The notes beneath the pieces were generated by a model. It saw only the letters and a program-made list of their open reading frames with translations. It was not told where the DNA came from and did no database searches. From the NCBI RefSeq assembly GCF_009914755.1, contig NC_060947.1: DNA of 64,000 nt; one strand, given 5' to 3'. This stretch comes from the human T2T-CHM13v2.0 reference genome, Homo sapiens. The translations under genes were made by a program, and so were the position numbers. Shown one piece after another: positions 12,641 to 26,500 of the stretch (positions are counted from its first letter, which is position 1; the number at the start of each line of letters is the position of its first letter).

Positions 12641-15189
12641 CTGTGTCCTTATTTTGCTGTACTCTGTCTTCTAAATTTTTATAATATTTTTATTAACTCT
12701 ACTTTCTCATGTTTCATTGGAAAATAGGTTAGATATATTTATGTGGTCCTGTAATGGTGGCTTTAAAGTATGTATGGATATTATAATTTAAACTGCTTTT
12801 CTGCTTCTAATATGTCATTAAATCTTGTAGCTTTATGTTTAACCATTAACTAGTATGTAGAAGTTCAATGATTGTACAGTGGCAAGACCCTACCTCCTCT
12901 TCTTCTGATATATGTTAAACATAGAATTAAAGGAAGAAAATTTTAAGGTGACTATCCATTGAAGGATAAAATAATAGGTCAAAACAGATTAATTTGAATG
13001 TCATTAGGAACAAATGGTATGAAATTCAAAATCCTTAGTGATGATGGAATAATTTTAGAAAAAGTACAGTATTATTTTATTATGAGATTAACTTAAATAT
13101 ATGATTTGGCATGTGTAGAGAAAATGGCCACTATTACAGATTTACAGGAGGTAATACTTTATAGAAAAGTAATTGCAAGATTAGGTGTGAATTATGGGAA
13201 CAACATAATTATTAATCATTCTACAAAGCATGATGACTCTTCAAATAAATATCATGTTATTTATGTTCTACTTTTAGCACATGTGTAACTGCTTTTGCTA
13301 TCTGATAATCATTATTTGTTATTACTGAAAACTTGCTTGAATTTGGCATATTTATTTTTCCCCCATTTCTTCCTGACCTACCTTTTCCTCCTCCTTCACT
13401 TTATTTCCTGCCTTCATGCATCTGAAACTAGATGACTCTCTGGGGGGCTAAATTATTATGAGGTGGCCATGATATGAGAAAGGCTGCAGCACAGAGGGAT
13501 ACTCCACATTTGTATTCAGAAATTCTTCAATTGGAAAAAAAAAAGTTTCTTCTGTTTTCCAAAGAAAGTGAGCAATTTCCAGAAAATCCCCCGGGTAAAG
13601 TGATGCCTGAAGCGTCTTGATAAAAAGCTAAAAGAAGAAATTTTAGAAATTACCAAATAGAGGCTTTTGTAATGTGCTATGAGGTTCACTCAGAAATAAC
13701 ACTTTGTTCTACATTTAATAGCAGGGCCATTCAGCATCATGCAGATATTGCACTTGGAAGGCAAATGGTTTATGTTCATGACATCTGTGTCGTTTTAAAA
13801 AATGGAATTCTAAAACTTATGAGATTTGAGGTTATTTTGGAAAAAAAATAGTGAGTATTGTCTGGTATCTATGATGATCTGGTAAAGTCATGATAATGTT
13901 TCTTAGAATACGTGGCAGATAAAGCTTAATGCCAAAGACACACAGTTGAGCAGACAGCTTGCCTCTTGGGTCTTGGATAAAAAACTTTTTGTCCTGTAAA
14001 TTATTCTTAGCGTTATCTTACCAAGAACTTTTTTTTTTTTGCCTTTTAGTTTCTGGTTCCATATGAAAAAAAAGGCTGTATATTGTAAAAGCTCACTTTG
14101 GAAACTTTCAGCTAATAGAGACTTCGGGATTAAAGATATCATTAACTATAACCCACAGGAGAATTCTTGTTTTTAATGTATATGCCCACAAAGCCAACAA
14201 CGCTGGTTTATAAAATAAGAGAGAGTGTCTCATTATGAGCTCAATTTTCTATAATCTGACACTGTATGAATACAGTTCAAGATTGAGATTTCTTTCATTA
14301 TAATTAAAGAAAAATACTCTGACCTTTTCAGCCACACTGAGATAACTAGAAGCAAAGTTTATTTCTTAAAACATCCTGCATATGTACATTTATTAGAGAT
14401 GTTAATACTATGAGCCATATTTCACTCTATGATGATCACAAAAACTTTGAGCAAAACAGCACAGTCATTATCTGGATTGATCCAATGTATTTTATTTCAT
14501 AAAGGAGTACAGGTACATTTTACTGTACAACCACATTCTCCTGAATCTAGGCAGTAGAAATATAGGAGCTGGAGGTAAACTATCTAACATAGTTAGCAGA
14601 AGTTACATTTCCTTCAAACTACTCATGGATTACCTAGGACAAATTATGATTCATTCTTTATTGTAACAAAAATAATCAATTTGTATGTAGCAAATTATTG
14701 TCTATGGCTAGTATTTTAGCTATTATTTCTCCTAATGTAGATTTCCAAGGAGACTATATGCTCACTAATATTTGGAAAATGTTGACTAGAATTGAAATAG
14801 CAATTTTGGTTCCTAATTTTCTTGTTACTACATTTGCGGCATTCCTAAAGATATCACCCACTTAGAATGGATGACTTATTTTATTAAGCTATTCTCTCCG
14901 CGAGAAAAGAGGAGTAGTGAAGCTGATATAGTACACTTCATGTTTCCCTCTCAAATCATATGAAAAAAAGGCCTTAAGTGGTTTAAATAGCCACACACAC
15001 GAAGAATGGCCTATAATGAGAAGCATTGCAGTATCTGCAGAGGCCACTAACAGAGAATGACACAAATTTACATACAAGTATACACAACACCCTGAATCTG
15101 ATTTTTTAGGTGTTATGACAGTGATTTATGGAGAAGGACAGTTGGCTCTGAAATTAACCAGACATTATTATAATTTACTGTTTTTGTCT

Positions 15190-16005
15190 TAATTCTTTAT
15201 TTTTAATTATTATGGGTATATAAATGTTGTATATATTTATGGGGTACATGTGATATTTTGATACAAGCATACAACAAGTAATGATCACATTGGGGTAATT
15301 GAAGTATCCATCACCTCAATCATTTATTATTTCTTTGTATTGGGAACATTCCAATTCCACTCCTTTAGTTATTTTGAAATATACAATAAATTATTGTTAA
15401 CTGCAGTCACCCTATTGCGCTACTAAACTCTAGATTTTATTCCTTCTATCTAACTGCTATTTTTGCACCCATTAACAATCCCCATTTTATCCTCCCCTCC
15501 CCATTACTCCCCTCCCCAGCCTCTGATAACCACCATGCTACTCTCTATCTTCATGAGTTCAATTAAAAAAAAATTAGTTCCCACATATGAGTGAGAATAT
15601 GCAAAATTTGTCTTTCTGTGCCTGGCTCATTTCACTTTGCATAATATCCTTCAGTTGCATCCATGTTCTTGACAATGACAGGATTTTATTATTTTTTATG
15701 GCCGAATAAATTTCATTGTGTATATGTGCCTCATTTTCTTTATCCATTCGTCTGTTGATAGACACTTAGCTTGATTCCATGTCTTGGCTATTGTGAATAG
15801 TGCTGCAGTAAACATGGGGCTGTAGATGTCTCTTCAATATACTTATTTCCTTTCTTTTGGGTGTATACCCAGTGGTAAGATTGCTGCTTCATATGGTAGT
15901 TTTATTTTTAGAAATGACTGTTCTCTATAGTGGCTATACTAATTTACATCCCACTAAGAGTGCACAAGTGGTCCCCTTTTTCCACATCCTCACCAGCATT
16001 TGTGT
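15190..16005 (-). mobile_element. L1MA (L1MA4/5-like) 3' portion
   Basis: GGGGTACATGTGATATTTTGATAC... tail; ORF 15574-15765 resembles a degraded ORF2 C-terminus. Confidence 0.85.
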
Positions 16006-16039
16006 AATTTACTCTTATGCAAGCTTGACAGACTGTGTT

Positions 16040-16200
16040 CTTTTATTTATTCTTTCTACAGTATTTAAGCATCACTACTGTGTCACACAGAGTAGTAGGT
16101 TTGAAGTATAAGAAAACATTCCTGGTTTCAAAGATCTTGCAATCAAATAAGAAAGATGGACAAATAAATGAAGGGTGATGGTGTAGTGCCATGGCACCTG
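16040..16200 (-). mobile_element. L2 fragment
   Basis: TATTTAAGCATCACTACTGTGTC...CCTGGTTTCAAAGATCTTGCAATC. Confidence 0.5.
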
Positions 16201-16274
16201 GAGGAAGAAACTGCCATAAGATGCTGGTATGAAAACTTCAGGATGCTTGGATGGATTCTCACCTTATCCCATGT

Positions 16275-16365
16275 CCCATGAGAAGCAGATGTCAAGACAA
16301 GAGTAAACATGCAGGGGTTTTATTCTGTAAAATGCCAGTGTAAGAGAAAATAAAGAGACAGCCAT
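16275..16365 (-). mobile_element. ERVL LTR 3' fragment (LTR41-like)
   Basis: AGAAGCAGATGTCAAGACAAGAG...TTTATT. Confidence 0.4.
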
Positions 16366-16417
16366 TTGCCTCTTCTTCTCTCTCTTTTATTTTATGTAAA
16401 TGGATTTGTCCAATGGG

Positions 16418-17488
16418 TGTTTCAGGAAGTCAGGGACCCCAAACGGAGGAACCGGCTGAAGCCATGACAGAAGACCATGGATTATGAAGATTTTATGGAC
16501 ATTTATTAGTTCCCCAAATTAATACTTTGGTAATTTCTTATGCCTGTCTTTACTGCAATCTCTAAACATAAATTGTAAAGATTTCATGGACACTTATCAC
16601 TTCCCCAATCAATACCCTTGTGATTTCCTATGCCTGTCTTTACTTTAATCTCTTAATCCTGTCAGCCGAGAAGGATGTATATTGTCTCAGGACCCTGTAA
16701 TAATTGCGTTAACTACACAAATTGTACAGCATGTGTGTTTGAGCAATATGAAATGTGGGCACCCTGAAAAAAGAACAGGATAACAGCAATTGCTCAGGGA
16801 ATAAGAGAGATAACCTTAAACTCTGACCGCTGGTGAGCTGGGCAGAACAGAGCCATATTTCTCTTCTTTCAAAAGCAAATGGGAGAAATATCGCTGAATT
16901 CTTTTTCTCAGCATGGAACGTCCCTGAGAAAGAGAATGCGCACCTGGGGGTATCGGCTTATAAACAGCCCCCCTGGGCGTGGCCTGTCTCTTATGGTCGA
17001 AACTGCAGAAGTGAAATATACTCCAGTCTCCCATAGTGCTCCCAGGCTTATTAGGAAGAGGAAATTCCTGCCTAATAAATTTTGGTCAGACTGGTCGATC
17101 TCAAAACCCTGTCTCCTGATAAGATGTTATCAATGGCAATGGTGCCCGAAACTTCATTAGCAATTTTAAGTTTGCCTTGGTCCTGTGGTCCTGTGATCTC
17201 GCCCTGCCTCCACTTGCCTCGTGATATTCTATTACTCTGTTAAGTACTTGATGTCTGTCACCCACACCTATTCGCGCACTCCCTCCCCTTTTGAAAATCC
17301 CTAATAAAAACTTGCTGGTTTTTGTGGCTTGTGGGGCATCACGGATCCTACCAACATGTGATGTCTCCCCCGGATGCCCAGCTTTAAAATTTCTCTCTTT
17401 TGTACTCTGTCCCTTTATTTCTCAAGCCAGCCAACGCTTAGGAAAATAGAAAAGAACCTACGTGATTATCGGGGCAGGTCCCCCGATA
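16418..17488 (+). mobile_element. Solo LTR MER11C (HERV-K11/HML-8, ERVK)
   Basis: TGTTTCAGGAAGTCAGGGACCCC start, GGGGCAGGTCCCCCGATA end, 1071 bp; 6-bp TSD AATGGG (16412-16417 / 17489-17494), typical of ERVK; AATAAA at 17303. Confidence 0.92.
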
Positions 17489-17645
17489 AATGGGTGCCTA
17501 TATTGACTGTATTTTTCAGTTGCTGTGATGTTTTCAAGGTGTATCCATGATGTAGCATGCATCAGTGTGTCTTTCCTTTTTATAGCCAAATAAAATTTCA
17601 CTGTATAAATGTATCACATTATATTTATCCATTCATTAGTTGATG
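17489..17645 (-). mobile_element. Old L1M fragment (host of MER11C; continues at ~16380-16417)
   Basis: TCCATGATGTAGCATGCATCAGT...TTTATCCATTCATTAGTTGATG. Confidence 0.65.
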
Positions 17646-18653
17646 CGCTGTCACTCCGCTTATCAGTGCCCCTCAATATACAACCTCATGTTCCTTATGT
17701 TAGTTAAAAAGATCTGTTCCATCATGCTTCCCTATCTCAATCACTGTGGTCCCTTCCCTCTGATACAATTCTTGGTGTGAAGATTCACAGTCAGCTCCTC
17801 TGATCTCTCAGCTCTAATTTTCAGTCATTGGACAAAACCCAATATAGCCACTTACCCCTGACAATTATAAGGGCATGATTTTCTTCCAGCCTTGATATCT
17901 AGCTTCCCACTTGTATTAAACCAAAGTGGGCCACCATATTTCTTTCACTGCACATGGAGCACACTCGAATGTGCCCCAGAATCTCTGATAGGCATATTTA
18001 TCTTGCATGTAGTTCATCACTCTCTGATTTTTGCTTAATTAAGTAACAAATTCTGTAGAAATTCAGTTCAGGAATTTCACTTCTGTGTGTCCAGTGAAGC
18101 CGATACTGCACCAACAAATGCTCAGGTAATAAAAATAAAATCTAGGGAAGAGACACAAATCAACTATCTGAAGTCAGAAGAAAGTAAATACAAGCAGGCT
18201 GATTTTGGAGGGAAGTTGACACATGGATAAAACAAACCACAAGTTTGAATTTTTCCGTTCTTACAGATTTTAGCCAGAAAACACATCACAGTTAACACTT
18301 CAACTGAAATTCCAGTACAAAACCTATGGTTTCTCTAGCCAGAAGAAACTAAAGAATTTGGGGCAACTATACCCTTTGGAAAGTGAAGGGGTACATCCCA
18401 AAATGAAAATATTCACATACAAGGAGCCCTAAATTCTGTGTATAAATTTGCCTCAACTCTTTAGCTGACACATGCACATACAATTCAGAGACAAGTCATC
18501 TCAGACACAAATAAAATAACTGGGTTGAGATTTTATCTGCCATCCAGAAACTGTGTAGGCATTTGGAATCTAGTGAAAGTGTTACTCAGTAAAAAAGGGG
18601 TCTTGATCCAGATCTCAAGAGAGGGTTCTTGGATCCCACTCAGGAAGGCATTT

Positions 18654-19935
<1,282 letters not shown>

Positions 19936-20217
19936 TCAGGAAGGCATTTAAGGCAAATCACAGAGTGTGGTAAAAGAAGCAAGTCAGTTAAGCACATATT
20001 GTTATGGGTATTGGGACATCTGGGCTTTCTGTTGTTGTAGGAGTGTGTCCTTGTAGGTATCTTTAGGTTGTTTTCTCAACTATAAACATTTTCTGACTAT
20101 GGGTCATGACTGGCAAGAAATGTGCCTTACTAGTTTTAAGATGGAGTTGTTTTTAAATGGTGTCACTCTGGCTCTTCCAGCCACCTGCTTCCTTAACAAA
20201 AGCAATTGTCTGGCAAA

Positions 20218-20224
<7 letters not shown>

Positions 20225-20266
<42 letters not shown>
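20225..20266. repeat. (CA)21 microsatellite
   Basis: Direct reading. Confidence 0.97.
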
Positions 20267-20267
<1 letters not shown>

Positions 20268-21466
20268 GTCACATAAATGAATAGGGCCCCCAGGAACACA
20301 AAATAAAATTTCCAATATTCAGGACAAAATCCAAAGTTACTCAACATATAATGAACAAGGAATATGGGAAACATTCTCAAGAAAAAAGACCATCAACAGA
20401 GACCATCCCCCATTCCCATCAAGAGGATCCAGATGTTGGAACTACCAGACAAGGTAGTTGTTTATAACAGCCATTATAATGTGCTTCAGATGGAAAAGGA
20501 ATATATGTCCAAGATGACTGAGAAAATAGGGAATCTTGGCAGAGAAAGTGGAACAATGGAAAAGAAAATCCAAGTAGAAATACTGAAAGTGAAAAATATA
20601 ATACCTGAAATAATTAACTGGATGGATTTAGCAGCAGAATGGACAGAAAGGAATTAGCAACCATAAAGACAGATTTCTAGAAATCATCAAGAATGATAGA
20701 GGGAGACAAGAGAGATTGAAGAAAATAAGCAGACCACCTGAATCAGTAACACAATGTAAGAAATATTTAACTAACATGTAGTTGGAAACCCAGGAAGAGA
20801 GGGGGAAATGCTACACTAAATATAATTGAATAAAATTTCCCCAATGCGGTGGTAGACATACATTCACACATGCAAAAGTTTAATACGCATCAGCAAAATA
20901 AACACTTTGTTTATTTTGACACAGTGGAGTCAAACTGCTGGAAGACAATGATAAGAAGAAAATCTTGAAGGCTGCCAGAGGAAAATGATGCATTACTTAA
21001 AGTTCGGATAATCGCCCAGTCTTCTTCACAAATATGGAGACAAAAAGACTATGGAGCCATATTTTCGAAGCGTTGGTGAAAAATTGTTGAATTTTATATC
21101 AAGCAAAAGTATTGTTTAAGACTGAAGGTAACAAAAGATACTTTCAGGGAAAAGAAAACTATAAATGCATCACTTGTAAAATTGAATGATAAGAAAACCT
21201 AAGAATTAAAGGTAAAACTTAGATCTTCAGGAAGAATGAATAATATCAGAAGTGGTAAATACCTAGGTAAATGTAAAAGCCTGTGTAATGTACAGTAAGC
21301 TGGGGGGGAGTTAGTAAATGAACCTGAATAGTTGTGAGTTTTCTGCATTTTTTGTGTGGTGGTACAATATTAACTTTAGGCTATGAAAAGCTAAGAATGT
21401 GTGTATGCCCTATTGCAGCCACTAAAGATAGCTCAAAAGCCAGTCAATAATTGACAGTAGAATCTA

Positions 21467-21570
21467 AATACCTGGGTGATGAAATAACCTGCACAACAAA
21501 TCCCCACAACACAAGTTTACCTACATAACAAAACTGCACATGTACCCCTGAATAAAAAAGTTAAACAATA
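21467..21570 (+). mobile_element. Very short L1PA (L1PA13-like) 3' terminus
   Basis: AATACCTGGGTGATGAAATAA...CTGCACATGTACCCCTGAA followed by an A-rich tail. Confidence 0.8.
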
Positions 21571-22226
21571 AAATCACAAAAGTAGTCAAGAAAAAAAGGA
21601 ATAAAAATAAAATTAAAAGACAAATATTAACTTACAATAAATACTGATGGAATAAAAAATTCAATGAAACACAGAAATTGTCACAATGGATCAATAAGCA
21701 AAACCAATATAGTCTACAAACAAGTGTTTTATGCGTAGTCTGAATGCAAATGGATGGGAAAAAATACACAGTGCAAGCAGCAAGCACAAATATGCTGAAG
21801 TGACTGTATCAGTATCAGATGGAAATGGCAATATATGTCTCCAAAAAGACTTTATAAGAGTGTTCCTGGCATAGCTTTACTCATAATAGCCTCAAATTTA
21901 AAATTGTCCAAGTACAGCATTAGTGATAGTAGCCAAGATATAGAAACAACCCATATGTCCATCCACAGATGAATGGAGTGTAGTGTATTATTCCACTTAA
22001 AGTTGCAGGATGGACAAAACTGATCTACACTGGGAAAACCTGAAGATAGCAGTTGCCTCTGAAGGGGGTTGAGATGGTGTTGCTGAGGCTAGACTTGCCT
22101 GGGAAGGGAAACAAAGGATATCTCTGGGATGGTGATGTTTTCTATCTTGAAAGGGGTTTGGCTTTGCAGATATATATGTATGTCAAAACTCAGGGAATGA
22201 ATGCTAAAATGTGTGCATCTCATTTC

Positions 22227-22660
22227 TTTCGACCAGTTGTGCGTCTCCTCCTTCCCTCCTTCCTTCCTTCTTTCCTTCCTTCCTTCTTTCTTTCCTTCCT
22301 TCCTTTCCTTCTTTCTTTCCTTCCTTCCTTTCCTTCTTTCTTTCTTTCTTCTTTCTTTCTTTTTTCTTTTTCTTCTTTCTGACGGAGTTTCACTCTTGTC
22401 GACCAAGGTGGCGTGCAATGGCGCGATCTTGGCTCACTGCAACCTCCGCCTCCCGGGTTCAAGTGATTCTCCTGCCTCAGCGTCCTGAGTAGCTGGGATT
22501 ACAGATATCCACCACCTCACCTGGCTAATTTTTATATTTTTAGTAGAGATGGGATTTCCTTACGTTGGCCAGGCTGCTTTTGAACTCCTGACCTCAGGTG
22601 ATCCACCCACCTCGGCCTCCCAAAGTTCTGGGATTACAGGAGTGAGCCACTGAGCCCGGC
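22227..22660 (-). mobile_element. AluSq/Sp with tail expanded into a (TTCC/TTTC)n microsatellite
   Basis: GAGTTTCACTCTTGT and CAATGGCGCGAT diagnostics; 17-bp TSD TGTGTGCATCTCATTTC (22210-22226 / 22661-22677). Confidence 0.92.
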
Positions 22661-23364
22661 TGTGTGCATCTCATTTCATGTAAAACCTACATCAACAGCT
22701 ATACATAAATATTAAAATCTAGTTCCTGTTATGCATACTGAAGAATTTAGAAAGTAATGTACTAATGTGTGCAGTTTGCTTTGAAATGAATACAAAAATA
22801 AGATGGATGAATGAATGGATACAGGGATGCATAGGTGAATAGATATTTCATGAAAATACTATAGTAATCCACCAACTTAACAAGACTATTCATAGTAATT
22901 TAAAGGCAGCATCCACCTAACAGAATTTATGTGGTAGGTGGACACTCACTTTAAAATTCTTTCAATGTTGCTTTATATCTGAAATTTTTCTTAAATAAAA
23001 TATTGAGGACAGGGAGAGTCAGCTCAAATTCTATTTTCTGTTTGAAGACTTCTTTCAAAGTTCCTGCTTGTTTCCCTAAAATCCTGTCCTGTGCATTCAC
23101 TCAACAGTCCAGAATTTAGACACTCTTGGTGCATGGCATATGCCAGTCTGTTATGCATCTTTGTGTTTTTCTGCTATCTTCAAGAGAATGCAAATCACCT
23201 AAAGAAAAAGATACGTTCTTTCACTTTCTTTGTCTGGTACAGAGCATACTATATCCCCTAGGTTCTTTATAAGTGTGTATTAATATTAATAAGAGGCTTT
23301 TTTCTACCCTAGAACTAGACAGTTATTACTATTACTAATTCATAACTTAAGAAGAGATACACTG

Positions 23365-23470
23365 TGTGCTTGTTTCAAAATGTCACATGTACCTCATAAA
23401 TATGTACTACTATTATATATTCATAATAATTAAAAATGAAAATAAATAATAAATTAAAAAAAGAAAAAAG
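23365..23470 (+). mobile_element. L1MA/PB 3' terminal fragment
   Basis: TCAAAATGTCACATGTACCTCATAAATATGTAC followed by an A-rich tail. Confidence 0.65.
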
Positions 23471-24196
23471 TGCACCATTTATTTAAAAATATTATCACAA
23501 TTTTCATAATACTTTTAGGTTTGGAGGCAAGGTAAAACATTTGTTATCTCCATGTAATTTTTTAAAAAAAACTATATGATCTCAGCATTTGAGACCAAAA
23601 GTACACTTTGTTGGGTGGAAAATGATGAAGCACTGAAAATAGAGAGCCAATTTGCTCTGATCTCTATGTAGCCCCTAAAACTTCGGGAAGACTGGAGCTA
23701 GTACAAACGGGAATTTCTCCTTTGGGCTCCAATTAAATCTAGTCATCTCACTGAAATTCAGGTGCTTTCAATTTTCCATAATCTGAGAACCAAGTTGTAT
23801 TTTTCCATGTAGTGAGACGCTTATCCTGACTGACTGAGAACATTGCCAATTGAGTAGTCCTCTGAAATTATACAAAAACAAAAGAAATATACAGAAAAAG
23901 TAGGACATAGGTGTATTGTCCCGGGCAGAACTAAGAATCACAATTTGTAACTTTATTGACAAACACAAAACCCGGGAGGCTATTTACACAGGACAGTACT
24001 CCGTAAGCAGTTCTCAGATTTGTTTCATGCTTTTGATTCATTTATTTTTTTTCTGCAAATAACATACACTGGTGCTATTTCTGTATTCATTCACTTTGCC
24101 CTGTATTACCACATTTTTTTCTAAGGCTTTATTTTTTTATCTTGTTTGCTTCTCAGTGATTCTGCAACTTTTGCAATAGTATGTATGCCTTCGAGG

Positions 24197-24503
24197 TTTT
24201 CTTTTTCCTTTTTTGAGAGAGAGTCTTGCTCTGTTGTTGCCCAGGCTGGCTGGAGTACAGTGGTGTGATCTCAGTTCACTGCAACCTCTGCCTCCTGGGT
24301 CCAAGTGATTCTCATGCCTCAGCCACCGGAGTAGCTGGGACTACAGGTGCACACCACCATACCTGGCTAGTGTTTGTATTTTTAGTAGAGACGGAGTTTC
24401 ACCTTGCTGGTCAGACTGATCTCAAACTTCTGACCTCAGGTGATCCACCTGCTTCGGCCTCCCAAAGTGCTGGGATTACAGGCGTGAGCCACCTTGCCTG
24501 TCC
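24197..24503 (-). mobile_element. AluS (Sx/Sz-like)
   Basis: Full dimer, CTGACCTCAGGTGATCC. Confidence 0.92.
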
Positions 24504-25232
24504 TGAGTTTAATATTAAAAACCTTCAGAAGATATTTCACTTTTTCCCATTATGCCCCTTTTCATTGAAGATCGTACTTATTTGCCTTGATCTTTGAACA
24601 TTATCAAAGACAAAGACATATACACAAGATCCTGTTTTGCAATTTTATATTTAAAGATATTTCTCTCAAAAGACTGATATAGTGGAAACATCAACCTACT
24701 CATCAATTGCAAGATTTCTTTGTTAAATACCAGATAATGATTTCTTTACATATTATTCACATTATTAACTGAAGGCTGTTGATATTGTGGATTATCTTCT
24801 AGGGAAATTTTAGTGAGTCCATAATTTAGAAAGAAAAAAAAAAGAAATTGACTTCTCCCAATTAATTTTTAAAGTGCATCTTTAAATACAAAGTTGAAAA
24901 CATGTTTTTTCTCTGCTCATCCTTTGTCTCCCTTTTTAGCCATCACAATAAAGAGTCTTGGAAATGAAAAAAATACCTATTTAATACTATCTTGTTGTTT
25001 TTGTGCTGAACTAGTCATCTTCAAGCTAACTGATTTTGTTTTACTGTGATTTTCCACCACCCTATGTGAGGAGCTCTTCATCGTGTTAGGGCAAAGCCTG
25101 GCCGTGAGTCTCCTCTTTCCACTGAAGATCCAGTATCTGAACATGAATGGTGGCTCCATCACATTTGTGCATGGCATCCGAATGGCTCTCTCCAAACAAT
25201 GAAAGACAAACTCCAATCTCCAGGCTTGACAC

Positions 25233-25803
25233 TGTAACTGCACAATGGATTTACTTTGCCTGCTGCCTAGACAGAGCCGATTTCTCAAGACAGGGTAATT
25301 GCAATGGAAAGAGTAATTCACACAGAGTTGGCTGTGCAGGAGACCGGAGTTTTATTTATTACTGAAATCAGTCTCCTCGAGCATTCAGGTATCAGAGTTT
25401 TTAAAGATAATTTGGTGGGTAAGGGCTCGGGAAGTGGGGAATGCTGATTGGTCATGTTGGAGATGTAATCATAGGGGGTCAAAGTGAGTTTTTCTTGCTG
25501 TCTTCTGTTCCTGAAAGAGGTTGCATGCCCCCTACACTGTAATTTCTAATCTTGTAGCTAATTTGTTAGTCCTGCAAAGGCAGACTGGTCCCCAGGCAAG
25601 AAGGGGGCCTTTTTGGGAAAGGGCTATTATCAATTTTGTTTCAGAGTCAAACCATGAACTGAATTCCTTCCCAAAGTTAGTTCAGCCTACGCCTAGGAAT
25701 GAACAAGGACAGCTTAAAGGTCAGAAGCAAGATGGAGTTGGTTAGGTCTGATCTCTTTCACTGTCATAATTTTCTCAGTTATAATTTTGCAAAGGCAGTT
25801 TCA
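25233..25803 (-). mobile_element. Solo LTR8/LTR8A (ERV1), internally deleted
   Basis: Minus strand starts TGAAACTGCCTTTGCAAAATTATAACTGAG; 4-bp TSD ACAC (25229-25232 / 25804-25807). Confidence 0.88.
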
Positions 25804-26006
25804 ACACCATTTCAATTATTCATCCACACCTGGTGACAACCAAACACTAAGCCCTGCCTTAGAAGCTCCGAAAGTTCTTCTTATGTCTCTGCAAAAATTG
25901 ATTTGTTGACATCAATGCTAGTTAACTCTTCTGGTCTCTGTGTCTCCCCCAGTCACTCCAATTTGATCTGATTATAGGAAATTGACCTTGATTTCTTTTC
26001 TTCCTA

Positions 26007-26010
<4 letters not shown>

Positions 26011-26038
<28 letters not shown>
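26011..26038. repeat. (CA)14 microsatellite
   Basis: Direct reading. Confidence 0.95.
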
Positions 26039-26041
<3 letters not shown>

Positions 26042-26269
26042 ACTTTGTTTCCAGGAAATAGCAAAAAGTGTCCCCTTCATTTAGTAGCCTCTTTGTATGC
26101 CCAACCTCCAAGCATATTTCCAGACATGGCATCCTCTGCCCATAGCAATTTTTGCCAGCTCCTAATCCTGCTTACTCCTTCCTTTTCTAGCAAGAGAAAG
26201 CAGCATATTTAAGCAGCATATACTTCATAGAACATTGCTATTCATTGGCCAAATCTTATCCTAAGTTCA

Positions 26270-26500
26270 CAATAATAATACCAATGCTCATTATTGAAGA
26301 CTTACGTGCCAGCCACTACACTAAAAGTTTTACATGCAATTAACTTATTTATCCATAACATCCCTATCATGGGAGTTCCTGTCTTTGTTTTTCTCATTTT
26401 ACAGTTGAGTACATTGAGTTTTAGAGAGGAGACGTGGTTTTCTCAAAATCACAGAACTAAGGAATAGTGTTTGCTTTTAACATTTGAGTTCTGCAACTGT
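26270..26500 (-). mobile_element. MIR
   Basis: TTATTGAAGACTTACGTGCCAG...CATTTTACAGTTGAG...AGAGAGG. Confidence 0.7.

Noticed and set aside
22053-22492. Overlapping ORFs rich in F/L/S/P or K/E/R/G
   Set aside because: Produced by the (TTCC)n tail and Alu
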